Shown here: positions 39,282-48,543 of the stretch, in pieces
Layout: the number at the start of each line of letters is the position of its first letter
Position numbering within the stretch: position 1 is the first letter of the stretch
DNA from: Minisyncoccia bacterium
GTDB lineage: Bacteria > Patescibacteriota > Minisyncoccia > Phycocordibacterales > UBA918
NCBI GenBank assembly: GCA_046293175.1
Contig: JBKBPM010000001.1
Span: 427,446 to 491,445 of the forward strand
DNA: 64,000 nucleotides
Reading direction: 5' to 3'
Notes under the pieces: generated by a model
Database searches by the model: none
Seen by the model: the letters and a program-made list of their open reading frames with translations, nothing else
Told to the model about the DNA's origin: nothing
Made by a program: the position numbers and the translations under genes

Positions 39282-39977
39282 CTAATCGATATCTAAGCGA
39301 CCATTATCAGCATCAGCAATACACTGAAGGAGCTCTGGGGTCTCCGTCCAGCCACACTGGCCGCTTGCCTGCCGCTCGCAGGTAGCTTTTTGGTAACAGC
39401 TATACTTGGCTGTCCATTCGCAGGTCGTCGTCATATCATTACCTTCTTCAAGACACAGCTGCGAACTACACCCGCCAACCACACAACCCTTGGTCGTCTT
39501 GGGGGTCACTGCGAGATAGTAGGATTGATTGCCGTAGAGTGTGTAGGTGCCATCGGAAAGCGGCTTTGCGTAGACGGTCGCAGTCTCACCTATATATGAC
39601 TCGAGGTCACCAATACCTGACACACCAACCACACTCCCGACCGTCTCTTGGCTCCAGCCAATGGTGAGGGTAACATGTTTGCCACCCACGACCGCATAAC
39701 ACTCACCGTCTGCAAAGCAGCCTGTATTTACTTCAGTAAGGGTTCCTGAGAACGTGCCGGTTGGTTTTTTGGTGGCACTCACCGGCGGCTTTGGTGTAGC
39801 GACACCATCAGTACTGGTTGCTGTAGTTTCGGTAGAGGTAGCAATAGTTTCAATCTGCTCTGGTGGACCAATCAGTTCGGCGTTTGGCGCCTCAGCAGTC
39901 TGATGATTCAAAAACAGAATAGCGATAACTGAGACTAGCCCAACTATCACCACGCCACCAATGAGATGTTTGTTCAT
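39282..39977 (-). CDS. Exported Cys-cluster protein (eight-cysteine-cluster-like)
   Basis: CVVGGCSSQLC...TTCEW...CY..ATCERQASGQCGW. Confidence 0.7.
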   Translation of the reverse strand: MNKHLIGGVVIVGLVSVIAILFLNHQTAEAPNAELIGPPEQIETIATSTETTATSTDGVATPKPPVSATKKPTGTFSGTLTEVNTGCFADGECYAVVGGKHVTLTIGWSQETVGSVVGVSGIGDLESYIGETATVYAKPLSDGTYTLYGNQSYYLAVTPKTTKGCVVGGCSSQLCLEEGNDMTTTCEWTAKYSCYQKATCERQASGQCGWTETPELLQCIADADNGRLDID

Positions 39978-39984
39978 GAATTAA

Positions 39985-40878
39985 TTATACATCCATCGCG
40001 CGCAAGCGAGCGATACGCTCCGCTGCTGGAGGGTGCGTATGGAACAGGCCACCGACGCGCTGCCAGAGACTTGGCTTCCCGCCAGCAAATGGGTCAGAAA
40101 TAAAGAGGTGGGCGGTCGCATGACTTGCAGACTTCATTGGACGAGCGTAACCACTGATTTTCTCTAGCGCGCTTGCGAGTCCCTCTGGATAGCGCGTCAG
40201 GAGTGCTCCGGTAGCATCGGCAAGATACTCACGGCGACGGGAAATTGCCATCTGCATGAGCTGAGCGGCAATCGGGGCGAGAATAATACCGACAATGCCA
40301 ACAATCAGGAAGATTGGATGACGATTTTCACGGTTACCATCAAACATAAGTGCCCGAGAGAAGAAGTCTGCCACAATCGCCACAAAACCGGCGAGTACCA
40401 CTGCCACTGTCATCACCAGCATGTCCCGATTACCGATATGTGCCATTTCGTGTGCCATCACTCCTTCAAGTTCATTCTTATCAAGGATATTAAGGAGACC
40501 AGTAGTTGCTGCCACCACTGCATGCTTTGGGTTTCGACCCGTCGCAAAGGCATTTGGTGCCGCGTCATCAACGACATAGACCTTTGGCATCGGGAGGCCA
40601 GCGGTGATGGCGAGATTTTCAACGATCGTGTAAAGCTCTGGCGCTTCTTGTTTGGTGACTGGTCGAGCATTAGTCATCCGTAGAACAAGCTTGTCTGAGA
40701 ACCAGTAACTACCGACGTTCATAACGAGCGCAAGCACCACACCGATATAAAGAATAGCTGGATTATTGAGATAAAACGCTATTACATACGATAAGGCAAT
40801 CACCATGAGGAAAAAGCCAATCATGAGGTACCAGGTCTTTCTAATATTTGCACCTTGATGAGTATACATTGTTGCCAT
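39985..40878 (-). CDS. htpX: Zinc metalloprotease HtpX
   Basis: PNAFATGR, HEMAH, SRRREYLAD, THPP. Confidence 0.93.
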   Translation of the reverse strand: MATMYTHQGANIRKTWYLMIGFFLMVIALSYVIAFYLNNPAILYIGVVLALVMNVGSYWFSDKLVLRMTNARPVTKQEAPELYTIVENLAITAGLPMPKVYVVDDAAPNAFATGRNPKHAVVAATTGLLNILDKNELEGVMAHEMAHIGNRDMLVMTVAVVLAGFVAIVADFFSRALMFDGNRENRHPIFLIVGIVGIILAPIAAQLMQMAISRRREYLADATGALLTRYPEGLASALEKISGYARPMKSASHATAHLFISDPFAGGKPSLWQRVGGLFHTHPPAAERIARLRAMDV

Positions 40879-40985
40879 AGACCAGCATTATACAATAAAT
40901 TGTCTTTGTAGAAAAGAATCACTCATTTTGTTGACACAAAAAAATATTCGATTAGTATTTCAGTCAGCAAAAGGGAGTACTTACC

Positions 40986-41333
40986 ATGAAGCATCAAGGC
41001 GTCATAACTGAGAGCGACACGAAACCGCTCCAAATCGATGTTGAACTTGGGACACTGACAGATCATCGAATCGTCTTTCGCTCCCAGGAACGATTTGGGG
41101 CAGACTACGAAATCTTCGACGATTCGGGGGCTTCCCTGGGCGGCCGTCCTTTCTACAATCGGACGTATCTCAATGAAGGTCTGATTGGTGACCTCAACGT
41201 CCTTCTCGAAGAATCCAATCACCGGTTATCACGAGCGAACTTTGCGTCAATCAGCGCGCAGGTCCAAGGTTACTACAATCGCCGGTACCGGGAAGAAGTG
41301 CCGGGCGGAGAGGTGGTGGTCACCTTTATATAA
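40986..41333 (+). CDS. Orphan protein
   Basis: TTGACA-17-TAGTAT promoter, GGGAG SD, hairpin/T-run terminator 41337-41390. Confidence 0.6.
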   Translation: MKHQGVITESDTKPLQIDVELGTLTDHRIVFRSQERFGADYEIFDDSGASLGGRPFYNRTYLNEGLIGDLNVLLEESNHRLSRANFASISAQVQGYYNRRYREEVPGGEVVVTFI

Positions 41334-41550
41334 TCAACCGCTCACACGGCTGGAGAGAACCTCCCGCTCGTGTGGGTGGTTTTCTTTTTCTCAAGTACAA
41401 GGTCTCGTAGGTAATTCAATAAACAAAGTGGTAGTGCGCCCAAAGTGAGCATGTGGTAGCTGAGAGACGTGGACAAAGGCATTAGGAATAGCCTTTGCTC
41501 ACGGAAATTCGCCCTTGTCGCGCTACGCGCTCTGTGGCTCATTCCTCATT

Positions 41551-43212
41551 TTACCAACTTCCTCCTCCCCCACCGCCTCCACCTCCACCAGCCGAACCGC
41601 CACCGGACGAGGCACTGGTTGAACTTGTCACTGAACTGGTGAAACTCGAGATATCACTGGCAAAGGCGGTGGCTGCAAAGGTACCCGTACCACCCTCATA
41701 CCAATCGGGAGTTGTGATCTCCATATCCGCAAAGGCCGCTGCCCATTTCTTTTCTACCTGAAAAGCAATCGCGTACGGCAAGTACCGCATAAACTGCTCG
41801 GGACTACGTTCAGGAGCATTATGAAAATCAAAACGGTCTTTGTCGGTCACCGAAAGGAATTCTTTGAAACCCTTAAGGTGATACATAGCTTCGTAACCTT
41901 TCGCGCTCCGGCGACGGTACGTTACAGCGAGATAGATACCATAGAGCATCGTCCCCGCAATAAGCACCAGATACCACACAATCCCAATGACACTCTGTAT
42001 GGCACTTGTGAAGATAATGAGAACAAAAAATAACCCAATAACAACGTAATCGCGAGGCAAAATCCGCTTACTCTCCATAAAGCCACGGGTTACGAGATCA
42101 GACCGGATTGCTTCAGATAGTTCGCTAATAATTTTGCTGTTTGCAATCTTCTTCGTCGTATCACTTTTGATACTTGAGAGCGGCACCATAGTATCTACCG
42201 CGGCATCAGCCGGGAACACCAGTTTTAATACGGAACTGAGAAATTCGCTTGGCACTTCCGCCAGCGGTCGCTTCAAGGTCAATTCATAGTCAGTGACATC
42301 AAAAAGCCAGATAACTTTGCGCTCGGTCCGTTTGATATGAATAAAGCCCTGCTCGGCGAGATAGATAAGCCCAGCCGTGATGTCATGTGCTCCAAGCTGG
42401 TCATCAAGGAGCACTCCTGCAAACATCGGCTCAACCCCTTCGTATGGTTCATACTCAGCAATGATTGGCCGGCGGCGGTAGTAAAAGTATTCGTACCGCC
42501 ACATGGCAATAATCGTCCCGAGAGTCATCGGTATCATGAGGAGAAGCGCAATAAGATCAGTTCGCCAGGTTTCTTTTGACGCAGCGAGGGCGGGATCAAG
42601 CGACGTACTAACCCCAACCGTTAATTCTTCACCCGATGGGAGATTTGGGACTTCAACCAACCAGCCACGAGTAGCATCACCACTCATGACACAATCACCG
42701 GTGGTGGTGTAGCAGCTGGCCGTCTCACCAATCGCGCCCGAAGCAGAAAATGACACCGCTTCGATAGCAGCCGGCCACTCGCGCCCCGTCACATTCCAGT
42801 AGAGCTCGACGGTGCCGTCAGAAACTTCACGTAAGGCGCCACGGAGTCGATAGGTAATCTCATATACATGCGGACCACTTATAGTAATGTCCGCGTCACC
42901 GATTTTGATTTGTCTTTCGGTTCCACCATTTACTTCATACGGCTCTACGATACCATCCCGAGTGACTGACAACACCTCAAGCTCCACCGCCCGCCGTTTG
43001 TACCACGCCGATGCTCCATCAGGGTGTGTGAGGATTAGGTTCCGAAAAATCCCGTGTCGCGCTTCGCTTTCAAAATCATAGGTCACCCGCTCGGTCACGA
43101 GCACACTGCCGTCTTCCTCAATTTCGTAGTGTGCAGTAAACGCTGGTATCGACTCCGCCAAAACAAAAAAAGGTGCACAAAAGAGAAAACCAATAATGAA
43201 GAGTCGGTACAT
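41551..43212 (-). CDS. DUF2207 membrane protein
   Basis: RHGIFR, LYWNVTG, LPYAIAF, C-terminal GGGGGGSW. Confidence 0.88.
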   Translation of the reverse strand: MYRLFIIGFLFCAPFFVLAESIPAFTAHYEIEEDGSVLVTERVTYDFESEARHGIFRNLILTHPDGASAWYKRRAVELEVLSVTRDGIVEPYEVNGGTERQIKIGDADITISGPHVYEITYRLRGALREVSDGTVELYWNVTGREWPAAIEAVSFSASGAIGETASCYTTTGDCVMSGDATRGWLVEVPNLPSGEELTVGVSTSLDPALAASKETWRTDLIALLLMIPMTLGTIIAMWRYEYFYYRRRPIIAEYEPYEGVEPMFAGVLLDDQLGAHDITAGLIYLAEQGFIHIKRTERKVIWLFDVTDYELTLKRPLAEVPSEFLSSVLKLVFPADAAVDTMVPLSSIKSDTTKKIANSKIISELSEAIRSDLVTRGFMESKRILPRDYVVIGLFFVLIIFTSAIQSVIGIVWYLVLIAGTMLYGIYLAVTYRRRSAKGYEAMYHLKGFKEFLSVTDKDRFDFHNAPERSPEQFMRYLPYAIAFQVEKKWAAAFADMEITTPDWYEGGTGTFAATAFASDISSFTSSVTSSTSASSGGGSAGGGGGGGGGGSW

Positions 43213-43213
43213 A

Positions 43214-43588
43214 TTAATGAGATAGCCCTTGAGGTGTTTCGTTACTCTGATACTCTCCAGCCGCCGACCAGTGTAAGAAGTGTCGCTTCTTATAGAGACC
43301 TTTTTTGGCAACATTTTCGGTGAGAGCGACGCGGATATCAGCTTCGGAGATTTCGAGCAGCTGTGTCAGCGCATCAAGTACCGCCATCAGGTCGGCGTAT
43401 TCGGCGAGAAATTCTTCGCGATTTTTTGCCTTCGAGAGACCTTCCGCTTCTTCGCGGACTTTCTTTAAGAGTTCTTGTTCGAATTCTTCATTATCTTCGA
43501 GCACGCGAACTTCGCAGGTTTCGCCATTACGCTCAATCTTGTCTTTGATGCCATCGCGCACAAGTTTGTTGTAATAGACTTTACTCAT
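43214..43588 (-). CDS. MazG-like nucleoside triphosphate pyrophosphohydrolase
   Basis: YNKLVRDGI, KVREE..E, EYADL. Confidence 0.8.
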   Translation of the reverse strand: MSKVYYNKLVRDGIKDKIERNGETCEVRVLEDNEEFEQELLKKVREEAEGLSKAKNREEFLAEYADLMAVLDALTQLLEISEADIRVALTENVAKKGLYKKRHFLHWSAAGEYQSNETPQGLSH

Positions 43589-43600
43589 AGAGATAAATTA

Positions 43601-44524
43601 TTAGACCTTAGTCGCCACAGGTAGCACAGAGCTGTCGATTGTTTTACCGGTGCGTGCGATAATGGCCTCGAGTAATTCGGGGTTAAAGTTGGCGGGTGGT
43701 ACGTCGGTGGTGGCATAGACGTAGAGAAGCGTCACCACAATTGACTCGAGTACCTGCTGCACCGCAATCGCACCAAAGAGGAAGATGACATACAGCACGC
43801 CCGTCAAAATAAAGAGAACCGGCATACCGACTTTGGCACTAATCATAAAGGTGGCCAAAAACAGCAGCACTGCCACGAGGTGCATGACAAAAAATACGAG
43901 ACCAAGGGAGATGTTTGTAATAAGACTCTCCCCCCATGTCTTCTTAAATACCTCCCCTGAGTAGGTCACCGCTTTAAAAGCTGGTTTATTATCAAGCACA
44001 ATCGCTGGCACCACAAAGTACGTCAGCACTCCCCAGGCCGCGCCAAAAAAGGCAGTGATGAAGCGACCGAGACGATCAAAGCGTTCAGTAATTGTGCGCA
44101 AAACCATCCCCACCGTTGCACTAATAAGCGCCCATACAAAGAGTGCTGGCGCATGACGAAGCGCTACCCAAAAACTCTGTCCGAGAGTAGCGTCCGTATT
44201 AGCTGCACGCTTCGCAACAGTATGAACGACCATGGCGCGTGAGAGCGCCACTACAAAGGCGGTAATGAGATAACTCCCAAAGATAAAGACCGTGCCCTGG
44301 ACTGCAAGCGCCGAATCATTCTGGAGCGCATCAATCATCCCCGTCACAAGAAGCGTCACCATAAGTATCCCAAAAAGGAGGACCATCATGATGGTCGCAA
44401 TCACCGGCACGAGGAGTAGTTCGCTATCAGCCCGCAAAAAGCGCCAACTTTCTTTGACCAAAAGCCAACTCGCGCGCCAGCGCGAAAGCTTTTGCTCGCC
44501 AACCGTAACCCCTTTACCCCACAT
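43601..44524 (-). CDS. Membrane protein (DUF6159-like)
   Basis: Multi-TM; FVVPAIV, KKTWGE. Confidence 0.65.
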   Translation of the reverse strand: MWGKGVTVGEQKLSRWRASWLLVKESWRFLRADSELLLVPVIATIMMVLLFGILMVTLLVTGMIDALQNDSALAVQGTVFIFGSYLITAFVVALSRAMVVHTVAKRAANTDATLGQSFWVALRHAPALFVWALISATVGMVLRTITERFDRLGRFITAFFGAAWGVLTYFVVPAIVLDNKPAFKAVTYSGEVFKKTWGESLITNISLGLVFFVMHLVAVLLFLATFMISAKVGMPVLFILTGVLYVIFLFGAIAVQQVLESIVVTLLYVYATTDVPPANFNPELLEAIIARTGKTIDSSVLPVATKV

Positions 44525-44526
44525 GC

Positions 44527-45108
44527 TTAGAAGGATACCTTGACTGGTTCGCGTTCTGCACTATTCTCTGGCAGTTCGAAGTATGGCATCGCGGTGAACT
44601 TAAAGAGGCTGCCAACAATATTACCCGGAAAAGACTGTAATGCGGTCGTGAGGTCACGGATGTTGCCGTTGTAGAATCGGCGCGCGGCTTGAATCTTATT
44701 TTCAGTATCAGACAGTTCACTCTGCAACTGAGCGAAGTTTGAGTTCGCTTTAAGATCTGGATACGCTTCAGCTACTGCCAGGAGCTTTCCAAGCGCACCA
44801 CCAAGCGCACTTTCGGCACCAGCCATGGCGGTAATTTGCGCTGGGGTAATATTCCCCGCATCAATATGCGTTGAAGTGGCTGCAGCGCGGGCTGCTGTCA
44901 CCGCATCAAGCGTCTCACGTTCGTGGGCAGCATAGCCCTTTACTGTTTCAACGAAGTTTGGAATCAAATCATAACGACGCTTCAGCTGTACATCAATATC
45001 AGCCCACGCTTCTTTTGCACGCTGAGTCATCGCCACAAAATTGTTATATGTTACAACCAGGTAGAGACCTACCGTTCCTACTACTCCTAGTACAATCCAC
45101 GTAAGCAT
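44527..45108 (-). CDS. lemA: LemA family protein
   Basis: IDVQLKRRYDLIPN, EAYPDLKA, ENKIQAARRFYN. Confidence 0.93.
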   Translation of the reverse strand: MLTWIVLGVVGTVGLYLVVTYNNFVAMTQRAKEAWADIDVQLKRRYDLIPNFVETVKGYAAHERETLDAVTAARAAATSTHIDAGNITPAQITAMAGAESALGGALGKLLAVAEAYPDLKANSNFAQLQSELSDTENKIQAARRFYNGNIRDLTTALQSFPGNIVGSLFKFTAMPYFELPENSAEREPVKVSF

Positions 45109-45224
45109 ACGCAAAAAAATATTACCTCTAACAATGTGATGATTATACCATAGTTTTGTGAGTTGACAGACGATGTGTTTGGTTTTAGGGTATTAGCAAG
45201 TAGATCTTTAATGGAGCGGGACCA

Positions 45225-45527
45225 ATGATACATAGCATGGGGCTTTGCCTATCAAATGAGCAGTTCTCTGTGTACGTATTTGGCACCGAGATTACCTTGT
45301 CTAGAAAGGAATTTCTGGCCTTACGTGCACTAATGCAGAACGAAGGAAAAATTATGTCTCGGGAACAACTTCTTGATGCTGCCGACATTGGTCTCGACAA
45401 GAACAACCGAGCTGTGGATTCTATGATTAAGAGGTTGCGCGCGAAGTTGTTCAAGTCCCCTGAGGCCAGAGCGATCTTCATCGAGTCTCGCAACGGTTTA
45501 GGATATCGAATTCCTGGCCGGCGATAG
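45225..45527 (+). CDS. Standalone OmpR/PhoB-type winged-helix protein
   Basis: LSRKEF, MSREQLL, RAVDSMIKRLRAKL, SRNGLGYR; no receiver domain. Confidence 0.75.
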   Translation: MIHSMGLCLSNEQFSVYVFGTEITLSRKEFLALRALMQNEGKIMSREQLLDAADIGLDKNNRAVDSMIKRLRAKLFKSPEARAIFIESRNGLGYRIPGRR

Positions 45528-45579
45528 CGAAACAATTTTGCAAGAAAGTACAAGGGTGTGGTGTAATACCGCGCTCTTT

Positions 45580-45729
45580 TTATTTACCCCGAAACATCCG
45601 ATCAAGTAGGGCTCCAAGCAGAGTCACAGTCATACCACCAATAATAAAACCAATGTAATCCGGGAATAAATATCCCAAAAATAGGATAGAAATAATGATG
45701 AAAATCGCAGCAGCAAAAAAATCAGTCAT
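45580..45729 (-). CDS. Small two-TM membrane protein (49 aa)
   Basis: MTDFFAAAIFIIISILFLGYLFPDYIGFIIGGMTVTLLGALLDRMFRGK; TATACT upstream. Confidence 0.55.
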   Translation of the reverse strand: MTDFFAAAIFIIISILFLGYLFPDYIGFIIGGMTVTLLGALLDRMFRGK

Positions 45730-45738
45730 ACAAAAAGT

Positions 45739-45776
45739 ATACAACAAAAACCGGTCAAAGCCGGCTTTTGTTGTAT
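45739..45776 (-). terminator. groEL terminator
   Basis: ATACAACAAAAACCGG-tcaaag-CCGGCTTTTGTTGTAT. Confidence 0.65.
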
Positions 45777-45791
45777 CTAATGTTTAAATTT

Positions 45792-45917
45792 TAGAAATTT
45801 TTGAGGTGAGCCAAATACGAGGCGCAACAAATTTTTGAAAGAAGACGTACTTTTTGTACGTTGCCTGACAAAAATGCAGTTGCAACAAAGTAGATGGCTT
45901 ACATTCAGAAGTTTCTA
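45792..45917 (+). repeat. Structured intergenic repeat, copy 2 (3' of groEL)
   Basis: TACGAGGCG...ACGTAC-ttttt-GTACGT...AACAAAGTAGATG in long hairpin. Confidence 0.8.
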
Positions 45918-47558
45918 ATACATACCTCCCATGCCAGACATATCAGGCATTGCTGCCTTTTCTGGCTCTGGTTCATCCGCAATTGCACATTCACTCGTGA
46001 GAAGGATACCCGCGGCTGAGACGGCGTGTTGCACACCAGCGCGCTCTACCTTCACTGGGTCGATGATACCCGCCTTGATCATGTCGTCGACCATGATTCC
46101 CTTCGCAGCATCATAGCCGGCATTGCCACCAGCAGCCTTCACCTTTTCGACGACAACTGCGCCATCAATCTTGCCGGTGTTCTGCGCAATCTGCCAGAGC
46201 GGCATCGGAAGCGCCTTGAGCACAATCTGGTATCCGACCATCTCCTCGGCTGTGAGATCTTTCTTTTCACCGAGCTTCTTTTCGACAATCGCAGACGCGC
46301 GAGCGAGTGAGGTTCCACCTCCTGGCACAATCCCTTCTTCAATCGCAGCCTTGGTGGCATTCACGGCGTCTTCAATCTTAAGCTTGAGGTACTTCATCTC
46401 GGTTTCAGTCGCGGCACCTACCCGAATCACAGCGACCCCTCCAGAGAGTTTCGCCACGCGTTCTTCGAGTTTCTCCTTATCGAACTTCGAGGTAGTCTGC
46501 TCCATCTGGGCTTTCAAGGCTGCCACACGGTCCATAATCGAAGCCTTCTCACCAGCGCCACCGACGATCACCGTATGATCTTTGGTTGCAACCACCCGAT
46601 CGGCCTGTCCAAGCTGAGCTAGTTCAGTATCTTCGAGCTTCAGACCAATTTCTTCGGTGATTACCTGGCCACCGGTCGTGACTGCGATATCAGCGAGGAG
46701 TTCTTTCTTTCTGTCTCCATAACCTGGAGCCTTGACCGCGAGAACATTGAAGCCGCCCTTGAGCTTGTTCACTACAAAGGTCGCGAGTGCCTCACCTTCT
46801 ACATCATCAGCAATAATCACCAGCTCCTTCTTTCCGGTCTGCGCGATTTTTTCAAGGAGTGGGAGGATTTCCTGCACTGAAGAAATCTTCTTGTCGGTAA
46901 TGAGAATATGAGCATTCTTGTGAACCGCTTCCATACGCTCAGGGTTCGTTACCATATAAGGTGAGACGTACCCCTTATCAAACTGCATGCCTTCAGTCAG
47001 TTCAGTTTCGATACCAAGTGATTGTGATTCTTCAACAGTTACTACACCATCCTTGCCAACCTTATCAATCGTCTCGGCAATCTTTTCACCAAGTTCGGCA
47101 CTTTCAGCGGAGATAGTTGCAACTTGTTTGATTTCTTCGATTGAAGAAATCTTAATCGCCATACCACGAAGCGCCTCAACCACATCATTTGCGGCATGCT
47201 CCATACCACTACGTACTGCCATACTGTTGAGACCCATAGTGGTTTGTCTAAGACCTTCGTTGACGAGTGCTTGAGTGAGTACCGTGGCAGTAGTAGTTCC
47301 ATCACCAGCGAGTTCGTTTGTCTTGTTAGCCACTTCTTTGATGATTTCTGCCCCCATGTTCTCAAACTTATCCTTGAGGGTGATTTCTTTGGCAATTGAG
47401 ACTCCGTCGTTAGTGATCGTTGGACCACCAAAGCCGCGATCAAGAATTACGTTGCGTCCGCGTGGGCCAAGGGTGACCTTCACGGCATTCGCTACTGTAT
47501 CAACTCCCTTCTGTAGTTTCTTTTTTACTTCTTCTCCGTATATAACCTGCTTAGCCAT
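45915..47558 (-). CDS. groL: Chaperonin GroEL
   Basis: TLGPRGRNV, GDGTTTAT, GGM tail. Confidence 0.98.
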   Translation of the reverse strand: MAKQVIYGEEVKKKLQKGVDTVANAVKVTLGPRGRNVILDRGFGGPTITNDGVSIAKEITLKDKFENMGAEIIKEVANKTNELAGDGTTTATVLTQALVNEGLRQTTMGLNSMAVRSGMEHAANDVVEALRGMAIKISSIEEIKQVATISAESAELGEKIAETIDKVGKDGVVTVEESQSLGIETELTEGMQFDKGYVSPYMVTNPERMEAVHKNAHILITDKKISSVQEILPLLEKIAQTGKKELVIIADDVEGEALATFVVNKLKGGFNVLAVKAPGYGDRKKELLADIAVTTGGQVITEEIGLKLEDTELAQLGQADRVVATKDHTVIVGGAGEKASIMDRVAALKAQMEQTTSKFDKEKLEERVAKLSGGVAVIRVGAATETEMKYLKLKIEDAVNATKAAIEEGIVPGGGTSLARASAIVEKKLGEKKDLTAEEMVGYQIVLKALPMPLWQIAQNTGKIDGAVVVEKVKAAGGNAGYDAAKGIMVDDMIKAGIIDPVKVERAGVQHAVSAAGILLTSECAIADEPEPEKAAMPDMSGMGGMY

Positions 47559-47587
47559 AATGTTTGTTTGATTGAGTTACCACAAGA

Positions 47588-47700
47588 TCTAGGTAGCTGA
47601 GTAAAATGCGAGGCGTTTAGAAGAAATATTTTAGCTGTACGCTGTTGTACTGTGAAAAATATGTCTTCGTAACAACAAAGCAGTTTACCAGATACGTAGA
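47588..47700 (+). repeat. Structured intergenic repeat, copy 3 (between groES and groEL)
   Basis: TGCGAGGCG...GTAC-gctgtt-GTAC...AACAAAGCA. Confidence 0.8.
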
Positions 47701-47707
47701 CTGTTTC

Positions 47708-48037
47708 TTAGTTAGTAAAGATACCTAGGATACTTGATTCTGAGACAATGAAGTATTCTTTTCCATCAACTTTCACTTCATCGTAACCGTACTTTGAGAA
47801 CACAACCTTATCACCGACCTTAACATCCATGACCATTCGCTTGTCGCCGTCGTCATTCCATTTGCCAGCACCCACAGCGACCACAATCCCTTGTTCCGGT
47901 TTTTCTTTCTTGGCGGTATCCGGAATAATGATGCCCGACGCTGAAACGGTGCCTGCTTCTACTTCTGTGAGCGGACGAACGACGACACGGTCGCCGAGTG
48001 GTCTGATTGGACTTCCGCTCTGTGTTGTTTCTGCCAT
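47708..48037 (-). CDS. groS: Co-chaperonin GroES
   Basis: IRPLGDRVVV, SGIIIPDTAKKEKP, VKVGDKV. Confidence 0.97.
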   Translation of the reverse strand: MAETTQSGSPIRPLGDRVVVRPLTEVEAGTVSASGIIIPDTAKKEKPEQGIVVAVGAGKWNDDGDKRMVMDVKVGDKVVFSKYGYDEVKVDGKEYFIVSESSILGIFTN

Positions 48038-48219
48038 AATGCTCAAAAGAATTAGAAAATGTAATAATTACCATTATGCGCCAGTAAAGAACGATATTTT
48101 AGATAGAAAATTCGCTCTTTGCGCACCGGCATTATACGTGTGACGACGAAAAGCGTCAAAAATAATCTATCCCCCATCTCGTTTACATCTTCTAGGGCCT
48201 ATGCTATAGTACTGCCTAC

Positions 48220-48459
48220 ATGGAAATCATTCAGTCTCTGCAACCTGCGTTGCCATTCATCCAGATTATCCTTGCTGTCCTCCTGATTGCGTCTATACTC
48301 TTACAACAGCGCGGTTCAAGTCTTGGCGGTGCCTTCGGTGGCGACAACTTCAGTTCAGCCTTCCACAAGCGTCGTGGCGCAGAGCTTTTCCTGTTTAAGT
48401 TCTCAATTGGTATTGCCGTACTCTTTGTAGTAGCAGCGTTCATGAATGTGTTGATCTAA
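48220..48459 (+). CDS. secG: Preprotein translocase subunit SecG
   Basis: ILLQQRGSSLGGAFGG, RRGAE. Confidence 0.92.
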   Translation: MEIIQSLQPALPFIQIILAVLLIASILLQQRGSSLGGAFGGDNFSSAFHKRRGAELFLFKFSIGIAVLFVVAAFMNVLI

Positions 48460-48543
48460 GTCAACCTAAGAACCATCTGTTTTCGGACGTATACCCATAA
48501 AGAGGCTTTTCTTGTGTCTAAATCATCTTATTTACACTCTTGT

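Noticed and set aside
41551-41610. Poly-Gly low-complexity repeat
   Set aside because: Normal C-terminus of DUF2207 proteins.
48040-48220. CIRCE operator upstream of groES
   Set aside because: No TTAGCACTC-N9-GAGTGCTAA found.
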